DNA of 32,000 bases from Synechococcus sp. A15-28 (GCF_014280175.1 NZ_CP047931.1:1860001-1892000), one strand, 5' to 3'. Counted from the stretch's first letter, positions 1 through 12,170 are shown. The notes: a model not told the origin generated them from the letters alone. Numbers and translations: made by a program.

Positions 1-435
1 CAGGCCCAGCGGACAGCTCGATAGGCAGCGACCACAGCCGTAACAACGCAGCTCGTCCACCGATCCCACCGCTGCGATCGCCTCTGCAGGACAGACCCGC
101 TGACAGGGGCGAGGACAGTCGACCGGACAACGGGCAGGGTCAAACCAGGCCTTGCGGAAGTGGGCATCACTGCCGTCACTGACGCTCACCATCAGCCATG
201 GCCGCGCCAGGCCGTTCTGATCCAGCCACTGGAGCCCCTGCCGAGCCGCCCTGACAACCGCTGGGTCGGCTGCGACATCGACGCAGTCGATGCCTGCAGC
301 TCCGTAAACGGCGCAGAGATCGGTGATCGCCGGCAGATCCTGGTTGCTGGCACCGCAGATCAACTTGACCCAGTGGCCCTGACGCAGGGCCTCCTGCGGA
401 TTCAGCTGGCCAGGAGGCCGCTCATCGGCTGCCAT
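1..435 (-). CDS. ldpA: LdpA (light-dependent period A) Fe-S protein, N-terminal part, runs off the left edge
   Basis: Manual minus-strand translation from ATG at 435: [64 protein letters not shown]...[43 protein letters not shown] with Cys clusters; adjacent to ndhN. Confidence 0.85.
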   Translation of the reverse strand, partial: MAADERPPGQLNPQEALRQGHWVKLICGASNQDLPAITDLCAVYGAAGIDCVDVAADPAVVRAARQGLQWLDQNGLARPWLMVSVSDGSDAHFRKAWFDPARCPVDCPRPCQRVCPAEAIAAVGSVDELRCYGCGRCLSSCPLGL

Positions 436-863
436 CGCAGGCTCCTGGCTCCACCCATTTCAACGATGATGCGCAGACGGGGTTCACGGCTGCAGAGATC
501 GCAGAGGGAGCTCAGCTCGGATTGCGACAACACCTGTCCCTCCAGCAGCCAGAGCGCCACCTGGGCGTCACCGTCGAGCAGATCCCCAAGCTGCGGCACC
601 ACCTCCTGCACCTCCCCCACGGCAGCACCGCGCCCGACGCTCTGATGGCCGAGATGGGGAGGGCGAATGCCGTGTTTCTGGGTCAGGAACACCTCCGGAT
701 CGCCGAGGCCACGGGCTGACGTGAGTCGGGTGCGGTAGCCGGCCCCACGCAGGCGACGCAACAGCCTGGTTTCCGCTCCACCCTCCAGCGGGGCATGCAC
801 AGCCAAGCAACCATGGGCCTCGAGATCACGGCGGAATGTCCGACCGCTGAGAAGCAGAGGCAT
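402..863 (-). CDS. ndhN: NAD(P)H-quinone oxidoreductase subunit N
   Basis: [78 protein letters not shown]... recognised NdhN; internal Met of ORF 402..905 chosen as start. Confidence 0.9.
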   Translation of the reverse strand: MPLLLSGRTFRRDLEAHGCLAVHAPLEGGAETRLLRRLRGAGYRTRLTSARGLGDPEVFLTQKHGIRPPHLGHQSVGRGAAVGEVQEVVPQLGDLLDGDAQVALWLLEGQVLSQSELSSLCDLCSREPRLRIIVEMGGARSLRWQPMSGLLAS

Positions 864-1238
864 GACTGCAGGATGGCTGCGCAAGAGTCTGGCAGCCAAA
901 GGCAAGGGTGGGGAAGAGGAGAAAGGTGCTGCTGTATGGTCTTTGTTTGTTCTGCGTTTCTGTGCCCGTCCGCTAGCCGGGCCTCCAGTCGGCAGAACAG
1001 ACCCCGCGATTGCGCAGGGTCCTCAGGCCAGAGCGGATTCTCCAATCCGCCGGGAAACTTCCAGAGCACTCCGTGCACAGGTCAGTCCCAGCCTCGCTGA
1101 ATCGACCGCTAGCCCCATTCGAGAGACCTCCTTTCCGGATCCCTCCCTCGAACCACGTCTGCGTCCAACCGATCAGCACGCCATGCCCCATCCGGCTTTC
1201 CGGATGGTGGTAGTCCCGCTGGCGCTTCCTCCCCAACC

Positions 1239-1895
1239 ATGTCAATCGGCATTCTCGGGAAGAAGCTGGGCATGTCCCAGTTCTTCGACGAGCAGGGCAG
1301 AGCCGTCCCCGTCACCTTGATCGAGGCCGGCCCCTGCCGAATCACCCAACTCAAAAGCAGCGACACCGATGGCTATGCCGCGGTGCAGATCGGCTTCGGC
1401 GATACCCGCGAAAAGCTGATCAACAAGCCTGCCAAGGGTCACCTCAACAAAACCGGCGAGAGCCTCCTGCGTCACCTGCGCGAATACCGCGTGGATGGCC
1501 TTGAGGGTTTCGAACTGGGCGGATCGATCACCGTTGGTGATTTCGAAGCCGGCCAGAAGGTTGATGTCAGCGGTGACACGATCGGCCGCGGCTTCTCCGG
1601 TTATCAGAAACGCCATGGCTTCAGCCGTGGTCCGATGACCCACGGTTCCAAGAACCACCGCGAGCCCGGTTCGATCGGCCCCGGCACCACACCGGGCCGC
1701 ATCTATCCAGGCAAGCGCATGGCCGGTCGCTACGGCGGCAAGAAGATCACCACCCGCGGCCTGACCATCCTCAAGGTGGACAGCGAGCGCAACCTGCTGG
1801 TGGTGAAAGGGTCGGTTCCCGGCAAGCCGGGCGCCCTGCTGAACATCCGACCCGCCCTGCGGGTGGGTGCCAAGCCCGCCAAAGGAGGACAGTGA
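1239..1895 (+). CDS. rplC: 50S ribosomal protein L3
   Basis: [35 protein letters not shown]...; L3 signature, operon position. Confidence 0.98.
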   Translation: MSIGILGKKLGMSQFFDEQGRAVPVTLIEAGPCRITQLKSSDTDGYAAVQIGFGDTREKLINKPAKGHLNKTGESLLRHLREYRVDGLEGFELGGSITVGDFEAGQKVDVSGDTIGRGFSGYQKRHGFSRGPMTHGSKNHREPGSIGPGTTPGRIYPGKRMAGRYGGKKITTRGLTILKVDSERNLLVVKGSVPGKPGALLNIRPALRVGAKPAKGGQ

Positions 1896-2530
1896 TGGCT
1901 GACTGCGTGATTCGCGACTGGCAGGGAAAGGAAGCCGGCAAGGCGACCCTCGACCTGAAAGTGGCCAAGGAGACCACGGCCAACGATCTGATGCATCGTG
2001 CGGTTCTGCGCCAGCAGGCCCACAGCCGTCAGGGAACCGCTTCCACCCTCACCCGATCCGAGGTGCGTGGTGGTGGCCGCAAGCCCTACAAGCAGAAAGG
2101 AACAGGCCGGGCCCGTCAGGGTTCAATCCGGACTCCTCTGCGCCCCGGCGGCGGCATCGTCTTCGGACCGAAGCCCCGCACTTACAACCTTGCGATGAAC
2201 CGCAAGGAACGTCGTCTGGCCCTGCGCACTGCGCTGATGGCCCGCATCGACGACGTGACCGTGGTGAAGGACTTCGGATCGAGTCTTGAAGCCCCCAAAA
2301 CCAAGGAGATCACGGATGCCCTGGGACGTCTCGGCATCGCTGCCGACGCCAAGGTGCTGATCGTGCTCACCGAACCTTCCGAGGTGGTGCGCCGCTCGGT
2401 GCGCAACCTGGAGAAGGTGAAGCTGATCGCCGCCAATCAGCTCAACGTCTTCGATCTGCTCCACGCCAATGCACTGGTGCTCGGCGAGGACGCCCTTGCA
2501 ACCATCCAGGAGGTCTACGGAAATGACTGA
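1895..2530 (+). CDS. rplD: 50S ribosomal protein L4
   Basis: [56 protein letters not shown]; L4 signature. Confidence 0.97.
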   Translation: MADCVIRDWQGKEAGKATLDLKVAKETTANDLMHRAVLRQQAHSRQGTASTLTRSEVRGGGRKPYKQKGTGRARQGSIRTPLRPGGGIVFGPKPRTYNLAMNRKERRLALRTALMARIDDVTVVKDFGSSLEAPKTKEITDALGRLGIAADAKVLIVLTEPSEVVRRSVRNLEKVKLIAANQLNVFDLLHANALVLGEDALATIQEVYGND

Positions 2531-2825
2531 GCGTTTCCAGGGCCGCCTGGCTGACGTCATTCGTCGGCCACTGATCACCGAGAAGGCCACCCGGGCCCTC
2601 GAGTTCAACCAGTACACCTTCGAGGTGGACCACCGCGCCGCAAAACCTGACATCAAGGCCGCCATTGAGCAGCTCTTCGATGTAAAGGTCACCGGCATCA
2701 GCACCATGAATCCCCCCCGTCGCACGCGTCGGATGGGTCGCTTCTCCGGCCGTCGTGCCCAGGTGAAGAAAGCCGTGGTGCGCCTGGCGGAGGGCAACTC
2801 GATCCAACTCTTCCCTGAGTCCTGA
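2523..2825 (+). CDS. rplW: 50S ribosomal protein L23
   Basis: [56 protein letters not shown]; overlaps rplD end. Confidence 0.97.
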   Translation: MTERFQGRLADVIRRPLITEKATRALEFNQYTFEVDHRAAKPDIKAAIEQLFDVKVTGISTMNPPRRTRRMGRFSGRRAQVKKAVVRLAEGNSIQLFPES

Positions 2826-2840
2826 GGGGTCTGAATCGTC

Positions 2841-3704
2841 ATGGCAATCCGTAACTTCCGCCCCTACACCCCCGGTACCAGAACCCGGGTGGTCACCGAC
2901 TTCAGCGAAGTCACCGGCCGCAAGCCGGAACGGTCCCTGGTGGTGTCCAAGCACCGCCGCAAGGGCCGCAACAACCGTGGTGTGATCACCTGCCGCCATC
3001 GCGGTGGCGGTCACAAGCGGCTGTACCGCGTGGTGGACTTCCGCCGCAACAAGCACGGCGTCACCGCAAAGGTGGCCGCCATCCACTACGACCCCCATCG
3101 CAACGCCCGTCTGGCGCTGCTCTTCTACGCCGACGGCGAGAAGCGCTACATCCTCGCTCCAGCAGGGGTGCAGATCGGTCAGACCGTGGTCTCCGGACCC
3201 GACGCTCCGATCGAAATCGGCAACGCCATGCCGCTGTCGGCCGTGCCCCTGGGTTCCAGTGTTCACTGCGTTGAGCTCTATGCCGGCCGCGGTGGACAGA
3301 TGGTGCGCACCGCCGGCGCCAGCGCTCAGGTGATGGCCAAAGAAGGTGACTACGTCGCCCTCAAGCTGCCATCCACCGAGGTGCGCTTGGTCCGCCGCGA
3401 GTGCTACGCCACCCTCGGCGAAGTGGGCAACTCTGAAGTTCGCAACACCAGCCTGGGCAAGGCCGGTCGTCGCCGCTGGCTGGGGCGTCGCCCCCAGGTT
3501 CGAGGCAGTGTGATGAACCCCTGCGACCACCCCCACGGTGGTGGTGAGGGTCGGGCTCCCATCGGCCGCTCCGGCCCGGTGACCCCCTGGGGCAAACCCG
3601 CCCTCGGTCTCAAGACCCGCAAGCGGAATAAGCCCAGCAACCAATACGTGCTCCGGAAGCGTCGCAAGACCTCCAAGCGGAGCCGTGGCGGACGCGATTC
3701 CTGA
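2841..3704 (+). CDS. rplB: 50S ribosomal protein L2
   Basis: [26 protein letters not shown]...[22 protein letters not shown]...[19 protein letters not shown]. Confidence 0.98.
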   Translation: MAIRNFRPYTPGTRTRVVTDFSEVTGRKPERSLVVSKHRRKGRNNRGVITCRHRGGGHKRLYRVVDFRRNKHGVTAKVAAIHYDPHRNARLALLFYADGEKRYILAPAGVQIGQTVVSGPDAPIEIGNAMPLSAVPLGSSVHCVELYAGRGGQMVRTAGASAQVMAKEGDYVALKLPSTEVRLVRRECYATLGEVGNSEVRNTSLGKAGRRRWLGRRPQVRGSVMNPCDHPHGGGEGRAPIGRSGPVTPWGKPALGLKTRKRNKPSNQYVLRKRRKTSKRSRGGRDS

Positions 3705-3739
3705 TGCCGACCATCGTTTTGCCGCTTGCTTAAACCGCT

Positions 3740-4015
3740 ATGGGACGTTCACTCAAAAAAGGTCCGTTTATTGCCGACAGCCTGCTTCGCAAGGTTGAAA
3801 GGCAGAACGACGCCGATGACAAGTCCGTGATCAAAACCTGGTCTCGGGCCTCCACAATCCTGCCGATGATGATCGGCCACACCATTGCCGTTCACAACGG
3901 CAAGACCCACGTGCCCGTGTTCATCACCGAGCAGATGGTGGGTCACAAGCTGGGGGAGTTCGCTCCCACCCGCACCTTCAAGGGCCACATCAAAGACAAG
4001 AAAGGAGGCCGCTGA
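3740..4015 (+). CDS. rpsS: 30S ribosomal protein S19
   Basis: [20 protein letters not shown]...[32 protein letters not shown]. Confidence 0.98.
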   Translation: MGRSLKKGPFIADSLLRKVERQNDADDKSVIKTWSRASTILPMMIGHTIAVHNGKTHVPVFITEQMVGHKLGEFAPTRTFKGHIKDKKGGR

Positions 4016-4019
4016 CGCC

Positions 4020-4385
4020 ATGACCACGTCATCCACCACGGCTCCCACCGCCCACGCCCACGGACGCTTCATCCGAGGCTCCGTGTCGAAGGTGCGCCGT
4101 GTTCTCGATCAGATCCGGGGTCGCACCTACCGCGACGCTCTGATCATGCTCGAGTTCATGCCCTACCGCTCCACCGGACCGATCACCAAGGTGCTCAGGT
4201 CCGCTGTGGCGAATGCTGAGCACAACCTCGGCCTTGATCCCGCCTCCCTGGTGATCTCCAGTGCCAGTGCCGACATGGGCCCTGCCATGAAGCGCTACCG
4301 CCCCCGGGCTCAGGGTCGCGCTTACCAGATCAAAAAGCAGACCTGCCACATCAGCATTGCTGTGGCGGCTCAGCCCGATTCCTGA
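4020..4385 (+). CDS. rplV: 50S ribosomal protein L22
   Basis: [53 protein letters not shown]; internal Met of ORF 3885..4385. Confidence 0.96.
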   Translation: MTTSSTTAPTAHAHGRFIRGSVSKVRRVLDQIRGRTYRDALIMLEFMPYRSTGPITKVLRSAVANAEHNLGLDPASLVISSASADMGPAMKRYRPRAQGRAYQIKKQTCHISIAVAAQPDS

Positions 4386-4405
4386 CCCCCGAGGACTCTG
4401 ACCCA

Positions 4406-5134
4406 ATGGGACACAAGATCAACCCAACCGGTCTGCGCCTGGGGATCACCCAGGAACACCGGTCACGCTGGTACGCCTCCAGCAAAAGTTATCCGGCCCT
4501 CCTTCAGGAGGATGATCGGATCCGCAAGTTCATCCACAAGAAATACGGTTCCGCAGGCATCAGTGATGTGCTGATCGCCCGCAAGGCCGATCAGCTCGAG
4601 GTGGAGCTCAAAACCGCGCGCCCCGGCGTGCTCGTGGGCCGCCAGGGCAGCGGGATCGAGGAACTCCGTTCCGGAATCCAGAAGACGGTCGGTGATCGGA
4701 GCCGCCAGGTTCGGATCAACGTTGTCGAAGTGGAGCGCGTCGACGGCGACGCCTTCCTGCTGGCTGAGTACATCGCCCAGCAACTGGAAAAACGTGTGGC
4801 CTTCCGCCGCACCATCCGCATGGCCGTCCAGCGCGCCCAACGCGCTGGGGTTCTCGGCCTGAAGATCCAGGTATCCGGTCGCCTCAACGGGGCTGAAATT
4901 GCCCGAACCGAGTGGACCCGTGAAGGTCGGGTCCCCCTGCACACCCTGCGGGCGGACATCGACTACGCCACCAAGGTGGCCAGCACGACCTACGGCGTGT
5001 TGGGCATCAAGGTGTGGGTCTTCAAGGGTGAAGTGCTGAGCGATGAAGCTCCGCAGATGCCGGTGGGGGCTTCCCCTCGCCGCCGGGCCAGCCGTCGGCC
5101 CCAACAGTTCGAAGACCGCTCAAACGAGGGTTGA
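4406..5134 (+). CDS. rpsC: 30S ribosomal protein S3
   Basis: [43 protein letters not shown]... Confidence 0.98.
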   Translation: MGHKINPTGLRLGITQEHRSRWYASSKSYPALLQEDDRIRKFIHKKYGSAGISDVLIARKADQLEVELKTARPGVLVGRQGSGIEELRSGIQKTVGDRSRQVRINVVEVERVDGDAFLLAEYIAQQLEKRVAFRRTIRMAVQRAQRAGVLGLKIQVSGRLNGAEIARTEWTREGRVPLHTLRADIDYATKVASTTYGVLGIKVWVFKGEVLSDEAPQMPVGASPRRRASRRPQQFEDRSNEG

Positions 5135-5150
5135 ACAGGAGGCCTGAACC

Positions 5151-5630
5151 ATGCTGAGTCCAAAACGCGTCAAATTCCGGAAAATGCAGCGAGGCCGCAT
5201 GCGCGGCGTCGCTACCCGGGGCAACACCATCGCCTTCGGCCAATTCGCGCTGCAGGCCCAGGAGTGCGGCTGGATCACCTCACGCCAGATCGAGGCCAGC
5301 CGTCGTGCCATGACCCGTCACGTCAAACGTGGCGGCAAGATCTGGATCCGGATCTTCCCGGACAAGTCGATCACCATGCGCGCCGCCGAAACCCGGATGG
5401 GTTCCGGTAAGGGCAACCCGGAATTCTGGGTGGCTGTGATCAAGCCAGGCCGCATCCTCTTCGAGATGGGTGGTGATGAAATCACCCCCGAAATCGCCAA
5501 GGAGGCCATGCGTCTGGCGCAGTACAAGCTGCCCGTGAAGACCAAATTCATCCAGCTGGATGAACAACAACAGAAGCAATCGGCTGCGGAAGCACCGGCT
5601 GCTGCTGATGCCGTCACCGTGGAGTCCTGA
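5151..5630 (+). CDS. rplP: 50S ribosomal protein L16
   Basis: [57 protein letters not shown]. Confidence 0.98.
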   Translation: MLSPKRVKFRKMQRGRMRGVATRGNTIAFGQFALQAQECGWITSRQIEASRRAMTRHVKRGGKIWIRIFPDKSITMRAAETRMGSGKGNPEFWVAVIKPGRILFEMGGDEITPEIAKEAMRLAQYKLPVKTKFIQLDEQQQKQSAAEAPAAADAVTVES

Positions 5631-5632
5631 CC

Positions 5633-5842
5633 ATGGCCCGTCCCAACGCCGCTGAGGTCCGAAAGCTGTCCGATGCGGACCTCACTGAACAGATTGACGG
5701 TCTTCGCCGCGAACTGTTTCAGCTCCGCTTCCAGCAGGCCACACGCCAGCTGGCCAACACGCACCGCTTCAAAGAGGTCCGCATCAAGCTGGCCCAGCTG
5801 ATGACGGTGCAATCGGAGCGCCAGCGCTCCGCCGCGTCCTGA
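5633..5842 (+). CDS. rpmC: 50S ribosomal protein L29
   Basis: [42 protein letters not shown]; operon position. Confidence 0.96.
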   Translation: MARPNAAEVRKLSDADLTEQIDGLRRELFQLRFQQATRQLANTHRFKEVRIKLAQLMTVQSERQRSAAS

Positions 5843-5859
5843 TCCCCCTCTCTGTACCC

Positions 5860-6171
5860 ATGGCAGTCAAGGAAAGGGTCGGCACCGTCGTCAGCGACAA
5901 GATGGAAAAAACGGTGGTGGTGGCGGTGGAAAGCCGCTTCCCCCACCCCATCTATCAAAAGACGGTCAGCCGCACCACCCGCTACAAAGCCCACGACGAA
6001 GACAACTCCTGTCGCGTCGGGGACCGTGTGCGCATCACGGAAACCCGACCGATGAGCCGGCACAAGCGCTGGGCCATCGCCGAGGTGCTGAGCCACAGCC
6101 CGAAGGCTGACAAATCAGCCAAGAGTGCTGCTCCCGCCACCGAGGCTGCGGCCGAGGAGGTGAGCGAATGA
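5860..6171 (+). CDS. rpsQ: 30S ribosomal protein S17
   Basis: [47 protein letters not shown]...[19 protein letters not shown]. Confidence 0.97.
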   Translation: MAVKERVGTVVSDKMEKTVVVAVESRFPHPIYQKTVSRTTRYKAHDEDNSCRVGDRVRITETRPMSRHKRWAIAEVLSHSPKADKSAKSAAPATEAAAEEVSE

Positions 6172-6533
6172 TCCAGCAGGAGAGTTATCTGAGCGTTGCT
6201 GACAACAGTGGCGCCAAGCGCATCCAGTGCATTCGTGTGCTGGGCACCAACCGTCGCTACGCCCATGTGGGCGATGTGATCGTCGCCGCCGTCAAGGACG
6301 CCATGCCCAACATGGGCGTCAAGAAGTCCGATGTGGTGAAAGCCGTGGTGGTTCGCACCAAGGCAACCCTCCGCCGCGACACGGGCAACTCCATTCGGTT
6401 CGACGACAACGCGGCGGTGATCATCAACGCCGACAACAACCCCAAAGGCACCCGCGTCTTCGGACCGGTGGCCCGTGAACTGCGCGACCGCAACTTCACC
6501 AAAATCGTGTCCCTCGCTCCGGAGGTGATCTGA
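6168..6533 (+). CDS. rplN: 50S ribosomal protein L14
   Basis: [26 protein letters not shown]...[28 protein letters not shown]. Confidence 0.98.
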   Translation: MIQQESYLSVADNSGAKRIQCIRVLGTNRRYAHVGDVIVAAVKDAMPNMGVKKSDVVKAVVVRTKATLRRDTGNSIRFDDNAAVIINADNNPKGTRVFGPVARELRDRNFTKIVSLAPEVI

Positions 6534-6535
6534 CC

Positions 6536-6892
6536 ATGGCCACCGCAACCAGCAAGGCCAAGCCCAGCGATCGCATCAAGATGCGCATCCGCAAAGGCGA
6601 CACCGTTCAGGTGATCGCCGGTAAGGACAAGGGCAAAACCGGCGAGGTGCTCCGCACCCTGCCCAACGAGAACCGCGTGATCGTGGAGGGCGTCAACATG
6701 CGCACCCGCCACGAGAAACCCACCCAGGAAGGTGAAACCGGACGCATCGTGAACGAGGAGGCATCTCTGCATGCGTCCAACGTGATGCTCTATTCGACCG
6801 CCAAGAAGGTGGCGAGCCGCGTCGAGATCGTCGTCGAAAAGGACGGCAGCAAGAAGCGCAGGCTCAAGAAAACCGGTGAAGTCCTCGACTGA
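6536..6892 (+). CDS. rplX: 50S ribosomal protein L24
   Basis: [52 protein letters not shown]. Confidence 0.97.
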   Translation: MATATSKAKPSDRIKMRIRKGDTVQVIAGKDKGKTGEVLRTLPNENRVIVEGVNMRTRHEKPTQEGETGRIVNEEASLHASNVMLYSTAKKVASRVEIVVEKDGSKKRRLKKTGEVLD

Positions 6893-6933
6893 AACCGACT
6901 TCTGACCAAGCCCAGAAGCACCCCACACCCCCC

Positions 6934-7473
6934 ATGTCACTCAAGAAGCGCTTCAGGGAGACCATTCAGCCCAAGCTGCAGAAGGATCTCTCCCTCACCA
7001 ACATCCACGAAGTCCCCAAGGTGGTGAAAGTCACCGTCAACCGGGGGCTCGGCGAAGCCGCCGCCAACGCCAAGTCCCTCGAGGCCTCGGTGAAGGAGCT
7101 GGCTCAGATCACCGGTCAGAAGGTGGTCGTCACCCGTGCCAAGAAGGCCATCGCAGGCTTCAAGATCCGCCAGGGCATGCCGATCGGTTGTGCCGTCACC
7201 CTGCGCGGTGACCGGATGTACGCGTTCCTGGAGCGCTTGATCAACCTGGCGCTGCCCCGCATCCGCGACTTCCGCGGGGTGAGCCCCAAGAGCTTTGACG
7301 GGCGCGGCAATTACACCCTGGGGGTGCGGGAGCAGATCATCTTCCCCGAGATCTCCTTCGACAAGATCGATGCCATCCGTGGCATGGACATCACCATCGT
7401 GACCACTGCCCGTTCAGACGAAGAGGGCCGGGCCCTCCTCCGCGAGATGGGAATGCCGTTCCAGAGCAACTGA
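6934..7473 (+). CDS. rplE: 50S ribosomal protein L5
   Basis: [30 protein letters not shown]...[24 protein letters not shown]. Confidence 0.98.
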   Translation: MSLKKRFRETIQPKLQKDLSLTNIHEVPKVVKVTVNRGLGEAAANAKSLEASVKELAQITGQKVVVTRAKKAIAGFKIRQGMPIGCAVTLRGDRMYAFLERLINLALPRIRDFRGVSPKSFDGRGNYTLGVREQIIFPEISFDKIDAIRGMDITIVTTARSDEEGRALLREMGMPFQSN

Positions 7474-7492
7474 GCCCTCCCCGTCGACACCT

Positions 7493-7894
7493 ATGGCCAA
7501 CCACGACCCCATTTCCGACATGCTCACCCGCATTCGCAATGCGAGTGAGAAGCGTCACGAGACCACCAAGATCCCTGCATCACGCATGACCCGCAGCATC
7601 GCCAAGGTGCTGCGGCAGGAGGGCTTCATCTCCGAAATCAGCGAACAGGGCGAAGGCGTGCGCACCGAACTGGTGCTCTCCCTCAAGTACAGCGGCAAGC
7701 ACCGGCTCCCCACCATCCGCTCCATGCAGCGGGTGAGCAAGCCAGGTCTGCGCATCTACAAGAACACCCGTGGCCTGCCCAAGGTCCTCGGCGGTCTTGG
7801 CGTTGCAATCATCTCCACCTCCAAGGGTGTGATGAGTGATCGCGATGCCCGCCGCGAGGGCGTCGGGGGCGAGGTGCTCTGTTACGTCTACTGA
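7493..7894 (+). CDS. rpsH: 30S ribosomal protein S8
   Basis: [32 protein letters not shown]...[34 protein letters not shown]. Confidence 0.98.
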   Translation: MANHDPISDMLTRIRNASEKRHETTKIPASRMTRSIAKVLRQEGFISEISEQGEGVRTELVLSLKYSGKHRLPTIRSMQRVSKPGLRIYKNTRGLPKVLGGLGVAIISTSKGVMSDRDARREGVGGEVLCYVY

Positions 7895-7908
7895 TCCGGA
7901 GCTCAACC

Positions 7909-8448
7909 ATGTCACGCATCGGCAAAAATCCCGTTCCCGTTCCCGACAAGGTGACCGTCTCCCTCGACGGTCTCACCGTGAAGGTCAAGGGACCGAAGGG
8001 AGAACTGGAACGCACCCTTCCTGACGGCGTCAGCGTCAGCCAGGAAGAGAACACCATCGTGGTGGCTCCATCCACCACCAAACGTTTTTCGCGCGAACGC
8101 CACGGCCTTTGCCGCACCCTCGTCGCCAACATGATCGAGGGCGTCAACAACGGCTACAGCAAGAGCCTTGAAATCGTGGGCGTGGGTTCCAGGGCCCAGG
8201 TCAAAGGCAAGACCCTTGTGGTCAGCGCCGGCTACAGCCACCCCGTTGAGGTGGAGCCGCCCGAGGGCATCACCTTCAAGGTCGAGAACAACACCAAGGT
8301 GATTGTCTCCGGCATCGACAAGGAACTGGTGGGCAACGAGGCCGCCAAGGTCCGCGCCATTCGCCCGCCCGAGCCTTACAAAGGCAAGGGCATCAAGTAC
8401 GAGGGCGAGCGCATCCTGCGCAAGGCGGGCAAGTCCGGCAAGAAATAA
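7909..8448 (+). CDS. rplF: 50S ribosomal protein L6
   Basis: [41 protein letters not shown]...[28 protein letters not shown]. Confidence 0.98.
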   Translation: MSRIGKNPVPVPDKVTVSLDGLTVKVKGPKGELERTLPDGVSVSQEENTIVVAPSTTKRFSRERHGLCRTLVANMIEGVNNGYSKSLEIVGVGSRAQVKGKTLVVSAGYSHPVEVEPPEGITFKVENNTKVIVSGIDKELVGNEAAKVRAIRPPEPYKGKGIKYEGERILRKAGKSGKK

Positions 8449-8481
8449 GCCTTGTCCTGACGTTCCTCTCCCTTACCCACC

Positions 8482-8850
8482 ATGTCCAAACTGTCCCGCA
8501 AACAGCAGACGCAGAAACGCCACCGGCGTCTGCGTCGCCACCTCACCGGCACCTCCGACCGTCCGCGGCTGGCGGTGTTCCGCTCCAACAATCACATCTA
8601 CGCTCAGGTCATCGATGACGATGCTCAGAGCACCCTCTGTTCGGCTTCGACCGTCGACAAGGAGCTGCGTGTCGGCCTCGAGGCCAACGGCGGCAGCTGT
8701 GATGCATCCGTCGCCGTCGGCGAACTGGTCGCCAAGCGCGCCATCGCCAAGGGCATCCAAAGCGTGGTCTTTGACCGTGGCGGCAACCTGTACCACGGCC
8801 GGATCAAAGCCCTAGCCGATGCCGCCCGGGAAGCGGGCCTTCAGTTCTGA
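8482..8850 (+). CDS. rplR: 50S ribosomal protein L18
   Basis: [49 protein letters not shown]. Confidence 0.97.
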   Translation: MSKLSRKQQTQKRHRRLRRHLTGTSDRPRLAVFRSNNHIYAQVIDDDAQSTLCSASTVDKELRVGLEANGGSCDASVAVGELVAKRAIAKGIQSVVFDRGGNLYHGRIKALADAAREAGLQF

Positions 8851-8864
8851 TTCCTGCTTGACCC

Positions 8865-9512
8865 ATGACAGATTCCTCTCCCCAGTCCAATCCCAACGCG
8901 GTGCCAGGCGCCGCAGATGTCCCCGCAGCCGCGGAGGGCCAGCAACAGGAGCAGCGTCGCGGCGGTGGCCGCGGTGAGCGTGGTGACCGCCGTGGCGGAC
9001 GCCGCGGTGATCGCCGCAACCAGGAGCGCGACTCCGAATGGCAGGAACGCGTGGTGCAGATCCGCCGCGTCTCCAAGACCGTCAAAGGCGGCAAGAAGAT
9101 GAGCTTCCGGGCCATCGTTGTCGTCGGGAACGAGAAAGGCCAGGTCGGCGTTGGTGTCGGCAAGGCCGGTGATGTGATCGGCGCTGTCCGTAAGGGTGTT
9201 GCCGATGGCAAGAAGCACCTGGTCAAGGTGCCTCTGACCCGTCACAACTCGATCCCCACCCTCTCTAATGGTCGCGACGGTGCCGCCAGCGTCCTGATCC
9301 GTCCGGCTGCCCCCGGTACCGGTGTGATTGCCGGCGGCTCCATCCGCACCGTGCTCGAGCTTGCCGGCATCAAGAATGTCCTGGCCAAGCGTCTGGGCAG
9401 CAAGACCCCCCTCAACAACGCCCGGGCTGCCATGGTGGCCCTGTCGCTTCTCCGCACCCACAAGGAGACGGCCAAAGAACGGGGAATCTCCCTCGAACAG
9501 ATCTATTCCTGA
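8865..9512 (+). CDS. rpsE: 30S ribosomal protein S5
   Basis: [60 protein letters not shown]. Confidence 0.98.
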   Translation: MTDSSPQSNPNAVPGAADVPAAAEGQQQEQRRGGGRGERGDRRGGRRGDRRNQERDSEWQERVVQIRRVSKTVKGGKKMSFRAIVVVGNEKGQVGVGVGKAGDVIGAVRKGVADGKKHLVKVPLTRHNSIPTLSNGRDGAASVLIRPAAPGTGVIAGGSIRTVLELAGIKNVLAKRLGSKTPLNNARAAMVALSLLRTHKETAKERGISLEQIYS

Positions 9513-9518
9513 TTCGCG

Positions 9519-9977
9519 ATGACGACTCTCCGACTCGATTCCCTCAAAGCCAACAAGGGCGCCCGTCGCCGCAAACTGCGCAAGGGCCGTGGCATCGCCG
9601 CCGGCCAGGGCGCAAGCTGCGGTTTCGGCATGCGTGGCCAGAAGTCCCGCTCCGGCCGTCCCACCCGCCCAGGTTTCGAGGGTGGCCAGATGCCCCTCTA
9701 CCGCCGGGTGCCGAAGCTGAAGCACTTCCCCCTGGTGAACCCCAAGCACTTCACGGTGCTCAATGTTTCGGCTCTCAACAGCCTGAAGGACGGCAGCACC
9801 GTGAACATGGATTCCCTCGTCAAGGAAGGAATCGTCACCAGTCCGAAGCATCCGTTGAAGATCCTCGGCAACGGTGATCTGACGGCCAAGAAGCTGACGG
9901 TTCAAGCCGCTGCCTTCACCGCCTCAGCCCGCACCAAAATCGAAGCCGCCGGCGGCAGCTGCGAAACCCTGGACTGA
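9519..9977 (+). CDS. rplO: 50S ribosomal protein L15
   Basis: [61 protein letters not shown]. Confidence 0.98.
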   Translation: MTTLRLDSLKANKGARRRKLRKGRGIAAGQGASCGFGMRGQKSRSGRPTRPGFEGGQMPLYRRVPKLKHFPLVNPKHFTVLNVSALNSLKDGSTVNMDSLVKEGIVTSPKHPLKILGNGDLTAKKLTVQAAAFTASARTKIEAAGGSCETLD

Positions 9978-10015
9978 TCCGGCCGGGTTCACCGTCCGTC
10001 AGCCCTAAGGTCTGA

Positions 10016-10046
10016 GCCGCCCGCTGGAAGTCATTCCACGGGCGGC
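10016..10046 (+). promoter_or_regulatory. Strong inverted repeat (stem-loop) between rplO and secY
   Basis: GCCGCCCG-c-TGGAA-gtca-TTCCA-CGGGCGGC: 8-bp outer and 5-bp inner GC-rich stem, one bulge, 4-nt loop, followed by TTTG. Confidence 0.6.
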
Positions 10047-10081
10047 TTTGCTGCATTCAGCCCACCCCATTTCTCCTGTCC

Positions 10082-11407
10082 ATGCTCGTCAGTCGGGGCC
10101 GCAATCCCAACGCCGCCGAAGTCATCAGTCAGCTGATCGGCAACTCGGGCCTGCGCAATCGCGTGCTCACCACCCTGAGCCTGTTGCTTCTGGTACGTCT
10201 CGGGATTTACATCCCTATCCCAGGGATCGACCGTGAGGCCTTTGCCAGTTTCATCGAGCAGGGCGGCTCCCTGCTGGGATTCCTTGACATCTTCACCGGC
10301 GGAGGCATCTCCACCCTCGGGGTGTTCGCGCTGGGAATCCTGCCGTTCATCAACGCCTCGATCATCCTGCAGCTCCTGACGGCATCCCTTCCACAACTGG
10401 AGGATCTGCAGAAAAACGAGGGTGAAGCCGGGCGACGCAAGATCGCGCAGATCACGCGCTACGTCGCTCTGGGCTGGGGGCTGATCCAAAGCGTCGTCTT
10501 TGCCATGATCCTGCGCCAGTACGCACTGGAGGGGACCAGCGAAGTCGTGTTCGTGGTGCAAACCGCGCTCTGTCTGGTCACCGGATCGATGGTGGTGATG
10601 TGGCTCAGCGAGGTGATCACCGAGCGGGGCATCGGCCAGGGCGCGTCGCTGGTGATCTTCCTCAACATCGTTGGGACGCTGCCTCGCACCCTCGGCGCCA
10701 CGATCGAGGCTGCTCAGACCGGAGACCGCAACACCGTGCTGGGCATTGTTGTGCTAGCGCTGGTCTTTCTGGTCACCATCGTCGGCATCATCTTTGTGCA
10801 GGAAGGCGCGCGTCGCATCCCGATCGTCAGCGCCAAGCGGCAGGTGGGAGGTGTCGGCGTTGGTGTTCTGCCCACCCGTCAGAGCTATCTGCCGTTGAAG
10901 CTGAATGCCGGCGGCGTCATGCCGATCATCTTTGCCTCAGCGGTGATCTTCCTGCCGGTCACCATTGCCAATTTCACCAAGAACGAATGGTTGATCCGGG
11001 CGGCCAGCCTGCTCAACCCCGGAGCCGCCAACCCCTGGCCCTACGCCCTGGCCTTCTTCGCTCTCATCCTCGGCTTTGCTTACTTCTACGCATCGCTGAC
11101 GGTGAACCCCACGGATATCGCCTCCAACCTGAAGAAGGGCGGCGTCGCCATTCCTGGGGTCCGTCCCGGCAGTGCCACCGCCACCTATCTCTCCGGAGTT
11201 CAGAACAGGCTCACCCTTCTGGGAGGCCTGTTTCTGGGAAGCGTCGCCATCATTCCCGCCGCGGTGGAACGCGCCACCAACGTGCAGACCTTCCAGGGCC
11301 TGGGGGCCACCTCATTGCTGATCCTCGTCGGCGTGGCCATCGACACCGCCAAACAGGTGCAGACCTATGTCATTTCCCAGCGCTACGAAGGCCTGGTCCG
11401 TCAGTGA
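10082..11407 (+). CDS. secY: Preprotein translocase subunit SecY
   Basis: RNPNAAEVISQLIGNSGLRNRVLTTLSLLLLVRLGIYIPIPGIDREAF... multi-TM protein, SecY motifs. Confidence 0.98.
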   Translation: MLVSRGRNPNAAEVISQLIGNSGLRNRVLTTLSLLLLVRLGIYIPIPGIDREAFASFIEQGGSLLGFLDIFTGGGISTLGVFALGILPFINASIILQLLTASLPQLEDLQKNEGEAGRRKIAQITRYVALGWGLIQSVVFAMILRQYALEGTSEVVFVVQTALCLVTGSMVVMWLSEVITERGIGQGASLVIFLNIVGTLPRTLGATIEAAQTGDRNTVLGIVVLALVFLVTIVGIIFVQEGARRIPIVSAKRQVGGVGVGVLPTRQSYLPLKLNAGGVMPIIFASAVIFLPVTIANFTKNEWLIRAASLLNPGAANPWPYALAFFALILGFAYFYASLTVNPTDIASNLKKGGVAIPGVRPGSATATYLSGVQNRLTLLGGLFLGSVAIIPAAVERATNVQTFQGLGATSLLILVGVAIDTAKQVQTYVISQRYEGLVRQ

Positions 11408-11458
11408 TCAAGGCGACTGGCACCTGATCTCACTTTTGTTTTCCATCCGCAGACACCA

Positions 11459-12010
11459 ATGAAATCCCGCCTCCTCTTCCTTGGCCCCCCTGGAGCAGGT
11501 AAGGGCACCCAGGCAGCGCGCCTGTGCGAAGCCAACGGCATGAAGCACCTGTCCACTGGTGATCTGCTGAGATCCGAAGTCGCTGCCGGCACAGCCCTGG
11601 GCCAGGAAGCCGAGGCGGTGATGAACCGCGGGGAACTGGTCAGTGATGCCCTGGTGCTGGCCATTGTGGAAAGTCAGTTGAAGGGCCTGTCGCGGGGCGG
11701 CTGGCTTCTTGATGGCTTTCCCCGCACCGTTCCCCAGGCCGACGCCCTCGAACCGCTGCTTGAAGAACTGAAGCAACCGATCGAAGCCGTGGTGCTGCTT
11801 GAGCTGGACGATGCCGTGCTGATCGAGCGTCTGCTGGCCCGTGGCCGCGACGACGACAACGAAGCGGTGATCCGCAATCGGCTTGAGGTCTACCGGGAGA
11901 AGACATCACCCCTGATCAGCTTCTATCGGGACAAAGGTCTGCTGGTGTCGGTTGAAGCGAACGGATCCGTTGAGGAGATCACAGATCGGATCACAGGAGT
12001 GTTGAGTTGA
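11459..12010 (+). CDS. adk: Adenylate kinase
   Basis: [48 protein letters not shown]...[14 protein letters not shown]. Confidence 0.97.
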   Translation: MKSRLLFLGPPGAGKGTQAARLCEANGMKHLSTGDLLRSEVAAGTALGQEAEAVMNRGELVSDALVLAIVESQLKGLSRGGWLLDGFPRTVPQADALEPLLEELKQPIEAVVLLELDDAVLIERLLARGRDDDNEAVIRNRLEVYREKTSPLISFYRDKGLLVSVEANGSVEEITDRITGVLS

Positions 12011-12056
12011 CCTGTGTGATAGGGTTGCCGTTTGGAAATTTGGAGAGCCACGCCTC

Positions 12057-12170
12057 ATGAAGGTGCGCAGCTCAGTCAAGAAAATGTGTGACAAGTGCCG
12101 GGTGATTCGTCGCCACGGCAAGGTCATGGTCATTTGCGCCAACCCTAAGCACAAGCAACGCCAGGGCTGA
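12057..12170 (+). CDS. rpmJ: 50S ribosomal protein L36
   Basis: Manual translation: [37 protein letters not shown] (below ORF-track size cutoff). Confidence 0.97.
   Translation: MKVRSSVKKMCDKCRVIRRHGKVMVICANPKHKQRQG

Noticed and set aside
2442-3644. 400-aa minus-strand ORF opposite rplW/rplB
   Set aside because: Antisense shadow of high-GC ribosomal genes; low-complexity Gly/His/Ala-rich translation with no family signal.
4463-5104. 213-aa minus-strand ORF opposite rpsC
   Set aside because: Shadow ORF; rpsC is unambiguous on the plus strand.
6892-9519. Apparent absence of rpsN (S14) between rplE and rpsH and of rpmD (L30) between rpsE and rplO; no infA near rpmJ
   Set aside because: To my knowledge this is usual cyanobacterial operon organisation, so not a novelty.
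8841-9905. 354-aa minus-strand ORF opposite rpsE/rplO
   Set aside because: Shadow ORF spanning two clear ribosomal protein genes.
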